Below are positions 20,374 to 29,716 of a stretch of DNA of 64,000 nucleotides, one piece after another. Source of the DNA: a virus; IMG/VR virus record IMGVR_UViG_3300047091_000002, positions 55,488 through 119,487 of that record; one strand, 5' to 3'. The notes beneath the pieces are model-generated. The model saw only the letters and a list, made by a program, of their open reading frames with translations. It ran no database searches and had not been told where the DNA came from. The position numbers and the translations under genes were made by a program. Numbering within the stretch: position 1 is the first letter of the stretch; each line of letters opens with the position of its first letter.

Positions 20374-20673
20374 TTAATCCCCAAATACATATTGTGCTAT
20401 AGCTCCAGAAGTCTCCTCAATTATTTGAAGAGTTACTCCCTCAAGGTCAATTATAACTGGTTGATCCCCCACCTTAAGAACAAATCCTACAGTAGCAGAT
20501 GGAACATCATTTGATCCGAGTGTAAATCTGATATTTTGGGCTAATGCTTGTATAAGAATTTTTCCACGAGTTCCAGCAATAGAAGAAAGATCTGTAACTG
20601 TTGAAAGAGTGGTATCTGAAACATGATCTCCCTGCGGATAGAATTTGTTGACTACTGCGATTTCATCTGGCAT
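20374..20673 (-). CDS. Small beta-rich virion protein (putative)
   Basis: 99 aa; IQALAQNIRFTLG...PSATVGFVLKVGD pattern seen in phage structural small proteins. Confidence 0.5.
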   Translation of the reverse strand: MPDEIAVVNKFYPQGDHVSDTTLSTVTDLSSIAGTRGKILIQALAQNIRFTLGSNDVPSATVGFVLKVGDQPVIIDLEGVTLQIIEETSGAIAQYVFGD

Positions 20674-22699
20674 TATTAGCTCCGGCTAAATTAGTTTGTT
20701 GATTTTCAGCTAACTTTCTCGCAGCTTCTTCCTTATCTAATCTTTCTTGAATTACTGCGTAATCTTTTATTGGTCTTCCCCAACCATCTAGGTTTCTCTT
20801 AGCAGTAGTTCCGAATCTTCCATTTGCATATATGGCTGTTCCTACAGGAATTCTAAATTTATCTGATATTTCTCTTAATTGAGAACTGGTGATAACGTTG
20901 CGAATATTATCTTGGGTCACGCGAATAGAAGAAGCGGATGTAGGTCTATAGGACTGCCCCATACGAGAGGCTTCTTTTGCTATCCAAGCACCAATGGCTG
21001 TATCAGGAGTTACATCAATATCGTCGTATGTAAATGTCTGCATATCCCAAATAAAAGTACAAAGCGGACATCCGCAGGTTGTTGAATCTTTAGGATTAAG
21101 TTCCACTATATGATGCCTTGGATGAGGAACCGGAACTCTCCAGCCACCTTGAGAAAATTCAATATCCAACCCAGGAAGTCCAATTTCCCTATCCATTTTA
21201 TTTATTTTTCCAGTATGGAAGGGTTGTATCACATTATGACAGGTTAATCCCATCGTTGGGAACCATTTAATAATCTCTTCTTGGAGAGTATTACTTTCAA
21301 CAAATATTAAACGAGGTCTGTATTCAAGATAGGCGGCTTCTAATTGATAACAGAAGGTAGGTTGATCCCAGTACGGTCCTTGGCTTGGGGCCATTTTTAT
21401 ATCAAGAACCTGCTTTACACCATCAGGTCGAATACCGAGAATAAAAATTACCGTACCGCGTCTTTTTGCGCTTGACATATCGCAACCAATATAAACGGGC
21501 CATGTTCTATCAAAATATGAAGGATGCGAAGAATCGCTTGCTAACTTCCAATCTTCTGAGTAAACGTATACTCTACCGGGAAGAAAATTAGGAAAGAATA
21601 AATCTCCAGATGCTTGAGGTCTTTGCCTGAATCCTTTTTGATATGCCTTCTGCCCTAATTTAGATTCGATTTTCTTTAAATAATCGGGTGATCGAAGCGC
21701 CCATCCTGGACCAGTAAATTCTATAGGATTTGCAATAGGACGATCCAAATAACTTTGAAACTTTGTAGTATCTATTCGGTTATCGAATATTTCATCTCTC
21801 CAATTCTTAAAATCCTCTGGTACAGGATGTTGATCATCTTGCATTGCCCCATAAATCGAATAATCTAGATGTGTGCGATCTTCCGAAACTGCCTGCACCA
21901 TCGTACAATAGGCATCAGGGCTTGCTATAAACCTTGTTGCATAAATATCTTGTGCGTGGTATCTCGTACCAATAGCGCAAAGAATAGAATCCATACAAAG
22001 AATTTCACCATCAATTGCTACTACTTGTTCTCCGCTTGCACGAGAAAGCCATTGAGTCGAAAACAGGCGATCTAACTCATCTCTTTTAGCTACACTGGAA
22101 CTATTAGATTCTGATGCAATATCATCAGGAATAATCACATCAGCACGAGCGCCATTTCCAGCATTAGCGGTATAACCATATGCGCTAAGGGACGAATCAA
22201 CAGAACTTACAAATCCGTCTATTCCATCAAGTGAATAGCGTTTAATATTTAAAACATGTTGATTCCAACTTCGGTCTTCATCAGCCTGAACATGAGGAAA
22301 TACTTCTTTATACTCTGGGGAAAACTTGATATAACGACCGACTTCCTCTAGCCGTTCACTTGCTGCCTTATCCGTAGCAGATACTAACATTATTCTAAGA
22401 TTAGGGTTCCTTCCAAGTAGCCATAAAGGAAGGGCAAGGGCTATCGTTACAGTTTTACAAAATGTCATCGGAGCAATAATAAGACATTCTTTATTATTTT
22501 TCCAGCAATATCGAAGGTGTTTCCACCAAGCCATTTGATGCGGAGCAACTGTAACTTTACGACCCTGCTTATCCCTAATAACATATTCAAGAAAATGCAT
22601 AAAATCCAATCTGGCTAGTTGAATTTTAGCTAATTTCTTTTTGTATTCTTGAGGAATTACAGGCTGTTTTTGTTTACGGGGTCTAATCTTGGATGGCAT
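20663..22699 (-). CDS. terL: Terminase large subunit
   Basis: Walker A-like IIAPMTFCKT, Walker B VIIPDD, coupling motif IGTRYHAQD, nuclease IGCD. Confidence 0.92.
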   Translation of the reverse strand: MPSKIRPRKQKQPVIPQEYKKKLAKIQLARLDFMHFLEYVIRDKQGRKVTVAPHQMAWWKHLRYCWKNNKECLIIAPMTFCKTVTIALALPLWLLGRNPNLRIMLVSATDKAASERLEEVGRYIKFSPEYKEVFPHVQADEDRSWNQHVLNIKRYSLDGIDGFVSSVDSSLSAYGYTANAGNGARADVIIPDDIASESNSSSVAKRDELDRLFSTQWLSRASGEQVVAIDGEILCMDSILCAIGTRYHAQDIYATRFIASPDAYCTMVQAVSEDRTHLDYSIYGAMQDDQHPVPEDFKNWRDEIFDNRIDTTKFQSYLDRPIANPIEFTGPGWALRSPDYLKKIESKLGQKAYQKGFRQRPQASGDLFFPNFLPGRVYVYSEDWKLASDSSHPSYFDRTWPVYIGCDMSSAKRRGTVIFILGIRPDGVKQVLDIKMAPSQGPYWDQPTFCYQLEAAYLEYRPRLIFVESNTLQEEIIKWFPTMGLTCHNVIQPFHTGKINKMDREIGLPGLDIEFSQGGWRVPVPHPRHHIVELNPKDSTTCGCPLCTFIWDMQTFTYDDIDVTPDTAIGAWIAKEASRMGQSYRPTSASSIRVTQDNIRNVITSSQLREISDKFRIPVGTAIYANGRFGTTAKRNLDGWGRPIKDYAVIQERLDKEEAARKLAENQQTNLAGANNAR

Positions 22700-22707
22700 T
22701 AACTCTT

Positions 22708-22851
22708 TTATACAACTCTTCGCCCTTGTATTAAATCAATAATTAAAACAATTAAAGCTATTACAAGAAATAGATGAATTAATCCTCCGATACCGCCAAT
22801 TAATCCCAGTAACCATAGAATTAGTAAGATAAGAAATACGTACCAAAGCAT
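22708..22851 (-). CDS. lmo0937-family (DUF5670-like) small membrane protein
   Basis: 47 aa MLWYVFLILLILWLLGLIGGIGGLIHLFLVIALIVLIIDLIQGRRVV; matches family pattern GGLIHxLLV...GRR. Confidence 0.7.
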   Translation of the reverse strand: MLWYVFLILLILWLLGLIGGIGGLIHLFLVIALIVLIIDLIQGRRVV

Positions 22852-22860
22852 AGTATTTAT

Positions 22861-23244
22861 CTAAAAAGGTCTGCATCCTTTATCATATCCGACTAGAAAT
22901 CCACGTTTATACTCTTCACTGTTTGCATGCCTATAATCGAATACAAAGTTCGGTTCGCAGGGGAAGTTACGTCTATAATCTCGTCTACCATTATATAAAC
23001 CATCCCAATAACCACGTTGGTAATCATCGTGTATAAATTGTCTTCGATGCCAATAAGGATAGCGTCGATCAAGTCGAGGTAATATATAAAGTCTAAACTT
23101 TAAACGATTTTGATTTCCTCGTCGCTGCTCATACCTATGACGTGGTTGCTCACTTCTATGTTGAGGAAAAGCTGTTACGGATAAAAGCAGTATCGCAAGT
23201 AAACTCGCTATAACTGATTTAATCTTTCTCATTTTCATCTCCAA
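22861..23244 (-). CDS. Exported protein with YxxGYxxG repeats
   Basis: Signal peptide; YQRGYWDGLYNG and YKRGFLVGYDKG repeats; Arg-rich. Confidence 0.65.
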   Translation of the reverse strand: MEMKMRKIKSVIASLLAILLLSVTAFPQHRSEQPRHRYEQRRGNQNRLKFRLYILPRLDRRYPYWHRRQFIHDDYQRGYWDGLYNGRRDYRRNFPCEPNFVFDYRHANSEEYKRGFLVGYDKGCRPF

Positions 23245-23298
23245 CTAAAAGAAAATGAGCCGACCAACTAAGATCGGCTCTAATACAGTAAAATCAAC

Positions 23299-23508
23299 CT
23301 ACCCCTCTGCTGGGGTATTACTTACTATCGCCTCTCCCAGCCGTATTGCTTGCGCTCGCATCCCATCTACGATAGCCTGAACTCGAACAGGATCTTCCTT
23401 CTCGGCTTCCACGCGATCTGCAAAACCGTTAATCAAGGCAACCGCAGAATCCACTACGGTAGTAATATTAGCAACCTCCGCCTCAAGCGGACTAAGATCT
23501 GTAGGCAT
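23299..23508 (-). CDS. Small helical protein, paralog of the adjacent gene
   Basis: LEAEVANITTVVDSAVALINGFA...IVSNTP aligns with C-terminal half of 23552-23902. Confidence 0.6.
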   Translation of the reverse strand: MPTDLSPLEAEVANITTVVDSAVALINGFADRVEAEKEDPVRVQAIVDGMRAQAIRLGEAIVSNTPAEG

Positions 23509-23551
23509 TTTTAAAAGCTCCTTTCGTTAATTAACACTAACAGAAGGTTAC

Positions 23552-23902
23552 TCAACTATTTGGGATATTCTCTTGAACGGCACTACTAAGTGCCTCAGTC
23601 TGTTCTCTAAGTTTATTGGCTAATACCTGGACTTTGGGATCTTCATTAGTTTCTAATTCATCCGCAATGCCCTGAACAAGAGTTTTAATAGATTCGTCAA
23701 GCGCGGTTCCCGCCGCTATCTTTTCCGTAAGAGCAACTAGATCTGCCGATTGTTCTTTCTCTGTTTTGAAAATAATTCTCAAAAGTCGAGAAGTGTGATC
23801 CCGAACTTCTTCTATCTGGCTAGATAGATTTTGAAGATCGAAAAAGAATGATAAAACGTTCGGATCTCTCGATTCGATTGTAATCTTTGTAGATTCGCTC
23901 AT
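23552..23902 (-). CDS. Small helical protein, paralog of the adjacent gene
   Basis: LTEKIAAGTALDESIKTLVQGIA...AVQENIP. Confidence 0.6.
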   Translation of the reverse strand: MSESTKITIESRDPNVLSFFFDLQNLSSQIEEVRDHTSRLLRIIFKTEKEQSADLVALTEKIAAGTALDESIKTLVQGIADELETNEDPKVQVLANKLREQTEALSSAVQENIPNS

Positions 23903-23903
23903 A

Positions 23904-24098
23904 CTAAAAACCTGTTAGTTTAGTGGCATTAGCGAATGCGAAAGCCATCATTCCCGCGATAGCGCACCATTTTCCAAGTTCGGCTATTTTTCGGTTAGTA
24001 ACATCTAAGTAAAATATAGTACCAACTATAAACATCAATATTGGCACAAGAGCTGTTAACATTTTAATATCTTCTATACTTATTATAGCAAATATCAT
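23904..24098 (-). CDS. Small two-TM membrane protein
   Basis: Two hydrophobic segments separated by NRKIAELGK. Confidence 0.55.
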   Translation of the reverse strand: MIFAIISIEDIKMLTALVPILMFIVGTIFYLDVTNRKIAELGKWCAIAGMMAFAFANATKLTGF

Positions 24099-24116
24099 GC
24101 CAAACTATAAAATCTC

Positions 24117-24187
24117 AAAAAAGGGTGGAACCGACTCCAGACACGGCAGGGTTTATGAGACCTAACTGTGGACTTCCTCTTTCCGCG
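24117..24187 (-). ncRNA. Degenerate tRNA(CAU)-like element
   Basis: Starts CGCGG, has GGT-CTCATAA-ACC anticodon-like arm, ends in T-tract; D and T arms non-canonical. Confidence 0.25.
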
Positions 24188-24190
24188 AAT

Positions 24191-24352
24191 TTATTCGGTT
24201 CGAGATTCTACGAAATCGTACATGTGTTGAAACATGTCATTAGCAATAGTCACCAGTTCATTTCCTAGTGTTGAATTTGTTTCTAGTTCGATAGAAACCT
24301 TTTCAGATGCGATTCCAATCTGTGTCTCTAAACCAGTTTTAATTTTTACCAT
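24191..24352 (-). CDS. Hypothetical protein (53 aa)
   Basis: MVKIKTGLETQIG...FVESRTE; below ORF-track cutoff, co-oriented with neighbours. Confidence 0.45.
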   Translation of the reverse strand: MVKIKTGLETQIGIASEKVSIELETNSTLGNELVTIANDMFQHMYDFVESRTE

Positions 24353-24589
24353 ATTTAACTCACTAAGTGTTAAAAGATTTTACAATAAAGATAGGCAAGT
24401 TAGGGGCACATTCTTGAAACCAAGGTACGTAATCATAAGCGTACCTATGACCGCAATTGATATTTATTTTTGATGGTACGACTATATTAGGCACGGATTC
24501 ATACGCAGTCCGTAGAAACTTTACAAGTTCATACACCTTTAGATGCCTTAGAGACTCTGAAAAAATATCAACATTCCAAACTATCGTAT

Positions 24590-25237
24590 TTAACTCGCTA
24601 AATCTGCCTCTAACTGCTCTTTCGATTTCGATTCATATCCTTCAAACGGATTGACTTGTTTCGGCTCACTCTTTTTATTTGAACCTGTCAAGGTAATTAA
24701 CTGCAAATTAAAATTCCGCATTTCCATTGAGATTCTAGTGATTGAGTTTATATGGCCCTGTCTGGCGTGAACTAATTTAAGGTAAAAATCTCTATCTGTT
24801 TCTGCGAACTTCTCTCCCGACGGTATAGTACCTGGATGCAATTCAGGATTAAACTCTACGGATTTTCCACCTGATAGTAAGTAGTTAATACCTCTATCCA
24901 ACTCTGCTATCTTACTATTAATTTCGTGTAACTTAACTATTAAAGAGCCTATCATCCGGCGGGTAGATTCTATTAACTTTAGTTTCTCAAGTTCGGGATC
25001 TCGAATTTCGAGTTCCCGCTTCATCAACTCTACCGCAGCCATTACAGCATCTTCTTTTACATTTCGTTCTTTACGAAATCTAATGGCTACTGCGGTTTCA
25101 CTTTCACCGCTTATAACAGAGTCCCAAATCTCACAAGCCTCGGATTGGCTTACATATTCACGAGGTCTTCCAGTTCTGGTTTTTTCTTCTGGAATTAATT
25201 CTTTAATTTGTTCAAAAAGTTCTTCTGCTGGTTGCAT
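24590..25237 (-). CDS. Terminase small subunit-like protein
   Basis: N-terminal TGRPREY plus HTH-like helices, coiled middle, upstream of terL. Confidence 0.45.
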   Translation of the reverse strand: MQPAEELFEQIKELIPEEKTRTGRPREYVSQSEACEIWDSVISGESETAVAIRFRKERNVKEDAVMAAVELMKRELEIRDPELEKLKLIESTRRMIGSLIVKLHEINSKIAELDRGINYLLSGGKSVEFNPELHPGTIPSGEKFAETDRDFYLKLVHARQGHINSITRISMEMRNFNLQLITLTGSNKKSEPKQVNPFEGYESKSKEQLEADLAS

Positions 25238-25243
25238 ATTCTA

Positions 25244-25344
25244 GGAGGTGGTAGGTCAACACTATGCAAGTCTAAGCTCGCTTATCCGTTTTAATTACGG
25301 GGCGCAATGCGCTATTAGAGTGTCTAGCACCCATCTTCACCCCC
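25244..25344 (-). ncRNA. Candidate 101-nt structured RNA with tRNA-Ala/tmRNA-like acceptor stem
   Basis: GGGGGTG pairs CACCTCC with G3-U70-type wobble; inner helices GACACT/AGTGTT, GCGC-ATT-GCGC, CCGT-AATTAAA-ACGG, TAAGC-GA-GCTTA. Confidence 0.55.
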
Positions 25345-25502
25345 TAGAAACTTTTTATACTCTGTCGAACTAGAGATTCTTTAAACTGCCTAAGAAGTTC
25401 AGGCTTATTCTTAGCCTTGGCTTCCTTCTCTACTTTTTCCTGAATCTCTTTTGTCAGTAAGTCTTTAGCCAACTGCTGAATACTGGGAACCATCGAATTC
25501 AT
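25344..25502 (-). CDS. Hypothetical protein (52 aa)
   Basis: AGAGGA RBS, MNSMVPSIQQLAK...; TAG stop overlaps first base of the structured element. Confidence 0.5.
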   Translation of the reverse strand: MNSMVPSIQQLAKDLLTKEIQEKVEKEAKAKNKPELLRQFKESLVRQSIKSF

Positions 25503-25626
25503 TTTTATTTTATCCTCTACTATTAATATATTATTTAATGAATTAGTTACTATAATTTTTGTAACTTATTGAAAACAAAATAGATAGTATATGGACTTTT
25601 TCCGTGCATACCGGCTCCATAATTCG

Positions 25627-26277
25627 CTATATTCTACTATCTATTGCACTTATTGACACGGAATTCTGCTCCACTTGATTTCGATAATCATCATAAGAAA
25701 AATTTCCACGATTTAAAGCCTTACGATTCTCTCTTAACCACTTGTTTACTTCAGGATCATTACCATAACGATCCTTTAAATCTCTGTAATTGCTCTTTCT
25801 AGGACGACCTGCTTTGGATTTAAGTGCATCTAGTTTCTTTCTCTTTATATCAGGAATAGAAAAATCCGATACATAGTGAATTATTGCATCTTCAATATCC
25901 CCGGTTTTCTTACGGGCTAAATCACAATCAATCTTAAAACATAAAGCCCAGGGATAACTCATTCCTGAGTAAGATAGAGATGATTGAGGGGCATAAAGAG
26001 ATCCCGCTGTAGTATATTGAAACTTTAATGGTTTTTGCCCATCACCATCTTTAATCATTATCGGCTTAACGCTCACCGCATTACGATAATTCTTCTTTTT
26101 TAATCCAACGTGATTTTCATCATCGTGGACTACGGAAACATCATAATTCCCGTGACGCAAATAAACACGCACCATCGTCTTATAATGAGTTCGCACAGGA
26201 GCCGCAAGTTTATTATATATTTGTTTTAGTTGCTCAATGGAATTATAATCCGGTAATTTATCTTCTTTATGTACCAT
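25627..26277 (-). CDS. Hypothetical basic protein
   Basis: 216-aa ORF, co-oriented. Confidence 0.6.
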   Translation of the reverse strand: MVHKEDKLPDYNSIEQLKQIYNKLAAPVRTHYKTMVRVYLRHGNYDVSVVHDDENHVGLKKKNYRNAVSVKPIMIKDGDGQKPLKFQYTTAGSLYAPQSSLSYSGMSYPWALCFKIDCDLARKKTGDIEDAIIHYVSDFSIPDIKRKKLDALKSKAGRPRKSNYRDLKDRYGNDPEVNKWLRENRKALNRGNFSYDDYRNQVEQNSVSISAIDSRI

Positions 26278-26317
26278 AATTAAAGTAGGGGAGGATTTCT
26301 CCTCCCGTGAAGTACCA

Positions 26318-26743
26318 TTAAAGAATTTTTATCATCGCTGATTCTGCAATGACTCGTCTAGTATCTAAATCAAAGCTGACAAAGGAGGCTGTGGCAACAA
26401 AGTTTCCAGTAACCCCGGAAGGAATAACATAATGAAATGTGTCCTGATCGGCAGATTCCCCCGCAAGGGTTTTCTGACCAGAAAATATCTCATCTATAGT
26501 TCCATCAGGTCTTGTCATAGTAACCGTTAACAAGAAATCACCCGATCCCATATGACAATTCTGGTACTTCACATCCATAATTATTTCAACAGGATTTAAC
26601 GGATCATCTACAAAAATATCCGGTATCTGAGCAGGCAGACAATCCATGCAAACAGGCGCAGCATGGATTGCCGTAGCAAACTGGACAGCAAATCCAAAAA
26701 CAAACAAACTGACGAGTATTAGTGTGGCTAGAACTTTCTTCAT
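26318..26743 (-). CDS. Secreted beta-sandwich-like protein
   Basis: Clear signal peptide MKKVLATLILVSLFVFGFAVQFATAIHA; beta-rich mature part with Cys. Confidence 0.6.
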   Translation of the reverse strand: MKKVLATLILVSLFVFGFAVQFATAIHAAPVCMDCLPAQIPDIFVDDPLNPVEIIMDVKYQNCHMGSGDFLLTVTMTRPDGTIDEIFSGQKTLAGESADQDTFHYVIPSGVTGNFVATASFVSFDLDTRRVIAESAMIKIL

Positions 26744-26914
26744 TATTCTCCTTGTATTTTTTTAAAGTTGTACCGCATTCACGGCATCTCCAGTCACAAG
26801 TACCAGCTTTCGTCCAACAATCACTATACGATTAGGTAGCCGGATCATGGTCGTTTTAAACCGACTTGATACCGATGGATTTTCTAGTAACGAATTACTT
26901 TCCATACATTAGAT

Positions 26915-26943
26915 AGTGTAACATATATTTCATTATTTGTCAA
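26915..26943 (-). promoter_or_regulatory. sigma70-type promoter (leftward)
   Basis: TTGACA - 17 nt - TACACT on minus strand. Confidence 0.6.
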
Positions 26944-26966
26944 GCTTTATTCTTAACTATATGAAT

Positions 26967-27314
26967 CTATTGATCATAAGCGTCTTGAATTGCCTCATCT
27001 AGTCTACGCAATAAAGCTTCTGCATCACACTGTTCCCAAATAGCAAATAATTGATCGTTATCGAACATACCGTCTCTATAGGTGTCGTCAAAATCCATAA
27101 GTAGACCTGTGCCATAACTTCTAGCATCAAATAACTTATCGGAGAATTCTATAGTATCATTACAAGCAATTGCACTATTTATTTTTTGATACCGGAAATC
27201 ATTCTCATAAGATTCATCCTTAATACATAAATCTCCAAATATACAAGGTTCATATTTAGAGAATAATGTGCCTTTTGGCAAACTTAGAAAAGTCTCACGA
27301 TTAACTATTTTCAT
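26967..27314 (-). CDS. Conserved phage hypothetical protein
   Basis: MKIVNRETFLSLPKGTLFSKYEPCIFGDLCIK, an N-terminus recognisable from diverse phages. Confidence 0.6.
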   Translation of the reverse strand: MKIVNRETFLSLPKGTLFSKYEPCIFGDLCIKDESYENDFRYQKINSAIACNDTIEFSDKLFDARSYGTGLLMDFDDTYRDGMFDNDQLFAIWEQCDAEALLRRLDEAIQDAYDQ

Positions 27315-27525
27315 ATTTCTCTGTAACTAAAGTAGTTTCTTTTCTATTCATATACTCTAATTGATATTTTAACCACTCGTTTATTTTATAATCCCTTAAC
27401 GACTGCAAATCACAGCAGGAATTAAATAATAGACTTAATCTGCAAAGATCCTTGTAGGTAAGATCTATTTTTTCTAAATTCATATTATATTCCATATATT
27501 CGCTTATCCCAATAAGACTTTTCAA
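27301..27525 (-). CDS. Hypothetical protein
   Basis: ORF track; co-oriented; start probably internal. Confidence 0.4.
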   Translation of the reverse strand: MKSLIGISEYMEYNMNLEKIDLTYKDLCRLSLLFNSCCDLQSLRDYKINEWLKYQLEYMNRKETTLVTEKYENS

Positions 27526-27642
27526 TCTCAGTTAAATCTTCATAAACTTTAAAGCCTTCCCCGGTCCAATATTTCCAAATCGGCGGACCTCATTTAATAG
27601 GATTAGACTTAGGTAATTCAATAGTTTCTAAATCAGAATTAC

Positions 27643-28095
27643 TCATTTAATTGTTCCGTATTGTTTAAGTCTGCCGATGATCTTATCATAACATATCTCT
27701 GAACAGGCAAGAATAGATGCAATTCCCTCTGAATTTTCCTGCTTATAGCATACCCAATCTCGTTCAGAAGAATACTTATTTGCTACAGCCTTAGTACCAA
27801 GTTCAAAAATTCCGCATTCAGCGCAGATAAACATTTTATTTATGTAGGAAAATCTCTCAGGATAAAGAGACCTTATTGTGGTATCTCTAATACCCTCGAA
27901 TTCATCATCCTTTACTAAACCAAATTTAACGTGTGGATGTAAATAATCCGTAATAAATCTGTAGTCATTTTGTAATTTTATATTATCTAAACTCATAATT
28001 CCCCTTTTCCAAACTTTTCCGCCCCTATCTCCAATAAAGTATTCCCTATAGCAGAAAGCGTAACTAATAGAAGAAGAAAGATAATTAGTTCCCAA
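27643..28095 (-). CDS. Hypothetical protein with Cys motifs
   Basis: ORF track; true start probably MSLDN. Confidence 0.5.
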   Translation of the reverse strand: MGTNYLSSSISYAFCYREYFIGDRGGKVWKRGIMSLDNIKLQNDYRFITDYLHPHVKFGLVKDDEFEGIRDTTIRSLYPERFSYINKMFICAECGIFELGTKAVANKYSSERDWVCYKQENSEGIASILACSEICYDKIIGRLKQYGTIK

Positions 28096-28184
28096 TCCGG
28101 TAAGCCCCCGTCAATACCAAATAATATAATAGTGAAAATAAGGACCGCATCTATAAACCATCTAAGAATTCTATATTTAAACAC
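27993..28184 (-). CDS. Small membrane protein
   Basis: Two hydrophobic segments; first gene after the 28219 promoter. Confidence 0.5.
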   Translation of the reverse strand: MFKYRILRWFIDAVLIFTIILFGIDGGLPDWELIIFLLLLVTLSAIGNTLLEIGAEKFGKGEL

Positions 28185-28190
28185 TATGAT

Positions 28191-28219
28191 ATTATAACAT
28201 AATTAAATTAATTTGTCAA
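28191..28219 (-). promoter_or_regulatory. Consensus sigma70-type promoter (leftward)
   Basis: TTGACA - 17 nt - TATAAT with TG extension. Confidence 0.75.
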
Positions 28220-29449
28220 GTATTAAAGTGCAATATTTAAAACTTTTGAAAAGTATAGAAAATATATTAGGAAAATATCGAAATGTGTGAAGTGCCTAAT
28301 CTTATCTAATTCTAAATTTCTATCTAAACTTAACAAAATCCAACATTTAGAAAGATTAAAATCGATAAGCATTTATTTAGAGAGACAGTGAAGACTTTTG
28401 ATAAACCTTTCTCGCCACAATACCCTTAATATTTATATATATTTTATATAAGATTAGAGCAATTTATATACCAGGTTGATGTGGCTAGTGAGAACTTTCT
28501 CTTTCAGAGAAAGAGCGTTTTTGTTCCTTTGTTTTCTATACCTTAATCAATACTGACTGGTAGGTAGGTAGAACTACCGTTTGGTAGGTGATTATATATG
28601 TTGATATATATAGAGTTATAAAGCGTTTAGTAGATGATACATAGGTGTGGGAATAAGGTATATATAGTTCTATTATGAAACATAAGAGAATAAATATAAT
28701 AGAATGAATATGTTAGATAAAGCCTAACATATATTTATCTACTACATTTGTAGTTAGTTGCACAATAATGCAGCACTACTCTGCGATGAGAGGGTGTCAT
28801 TTATGTTGAGGTTTTTGATGTTTTTCTAAAAATAGATGTGCAGGAGTATAATGATAAAATCGGGTGCTTAGAAAGATATATAAATATCATAAGTATATGA
28901 TAATAAATAAGATAATGAATAAATAAATATAATAAGATAGACTAGATGCATTGAGAAGTAGACAGAGTATTAGAGTATCATATCTCTATAGCTATATACT
29001 ACTATCTATCTAAGTATAAGAAAATAAAGAAGTAAGTATAATAAAAGAAAATAGATATAAATATCGTAAATATAAGAAAAGAATAGAGATAATAGAAATA
29101 GAGTGAATGTAGACAGTACATATCCTTATCTATTCGGTATATTATATGGTACTAACTAGGAAAGTATATCTATATAGTTTGGTATATGGTTCATGCTGTA
29201 TCTTGTGGCGTGTATAGGGCTATGTAATTGTTATACATCCTTATCTGCTTACTATCTTGTAGAGTGTGCATTGTGATGTGTAAGGCAGTATGATTATACT
29301 GCTATACTCTCTATAGCATGTGCAGTGCATAGATGTTGTTATCTATAGGGTATATCCGTATATGCTATGGTGGGCCAGTGTGTTGTAGCCCTTATATGTC
29401 CTATATAGAGGAATAGTTCTATTGAGCTTGTGTTGTATACGTTTTTATA

Positions 29450-29479
29450 TTGACATTCCCTTATACTCTATGTTATACC
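29450..29479 (+). promoter_or_regulatory. sigma70-type promoter (rightward)
   Basis: TTGACA - 18 nt - TG n TATACC. Confidence 0.55.
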
Positions 29480-29517
29480 CTTTATTCGGTTCTAAATTTT
29501 AGGTTGGAGGGTAGGAA

Positions 29518-29655
29518 ATGAACAATCAGTGTGCAGCAGTTATTCTAGTTTTAGTAGCAATCGTCGTTGTGTGGGGCGATATTCTTATTCATAACAGCAA
29601 GGTGGTAAGGGTGGCAGGTAAGGGTAGCGCAGGCAGTAAGTATAGCAAAAGATAG
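29518..29655 (+). CDS. Small membrane peptide (45 aa)
   Basis: GGAGG RBS; MNNQCAAVILVLVAIVVVWG...; own promoter and terminator. Confidence 0.55.
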   Translation: MNNQCAAVILVLVAIVVVWGDILIHNSKVVRVAGKGSAGSKYSKR

Positions 29656-29686
29656 TTGTAGGTCAATAAATTCTCATCGAATGTAT

Positions 29687-29716
29687 AGGCTAGGCTATCG
29701 CAGTCTAGCCTTTTTT
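29687..29716 (+). terminator. Intrinsic terminator
   Basis: AGGCTAGGC-TATCGCA-GTCTAGCCT-TTTTT. Confidence 0.75.

Noticed and set aside
716-24654. Plus-strand ORFs in the left arm (e.g. 2796-3200, 4998-5306, 9002-9355, 19205-19624) and minus-strand ORFs in the right arm
   Set aside because: Antisense shadows of well-supported genes, without RBS or recognisable motifs
25244-25344. Full tmRNA gene
   Set aside because: Only 101 nt; no T-arm, CCA, pseudoknots or tag reading frame, so kept only as a tmRNA-like mini element
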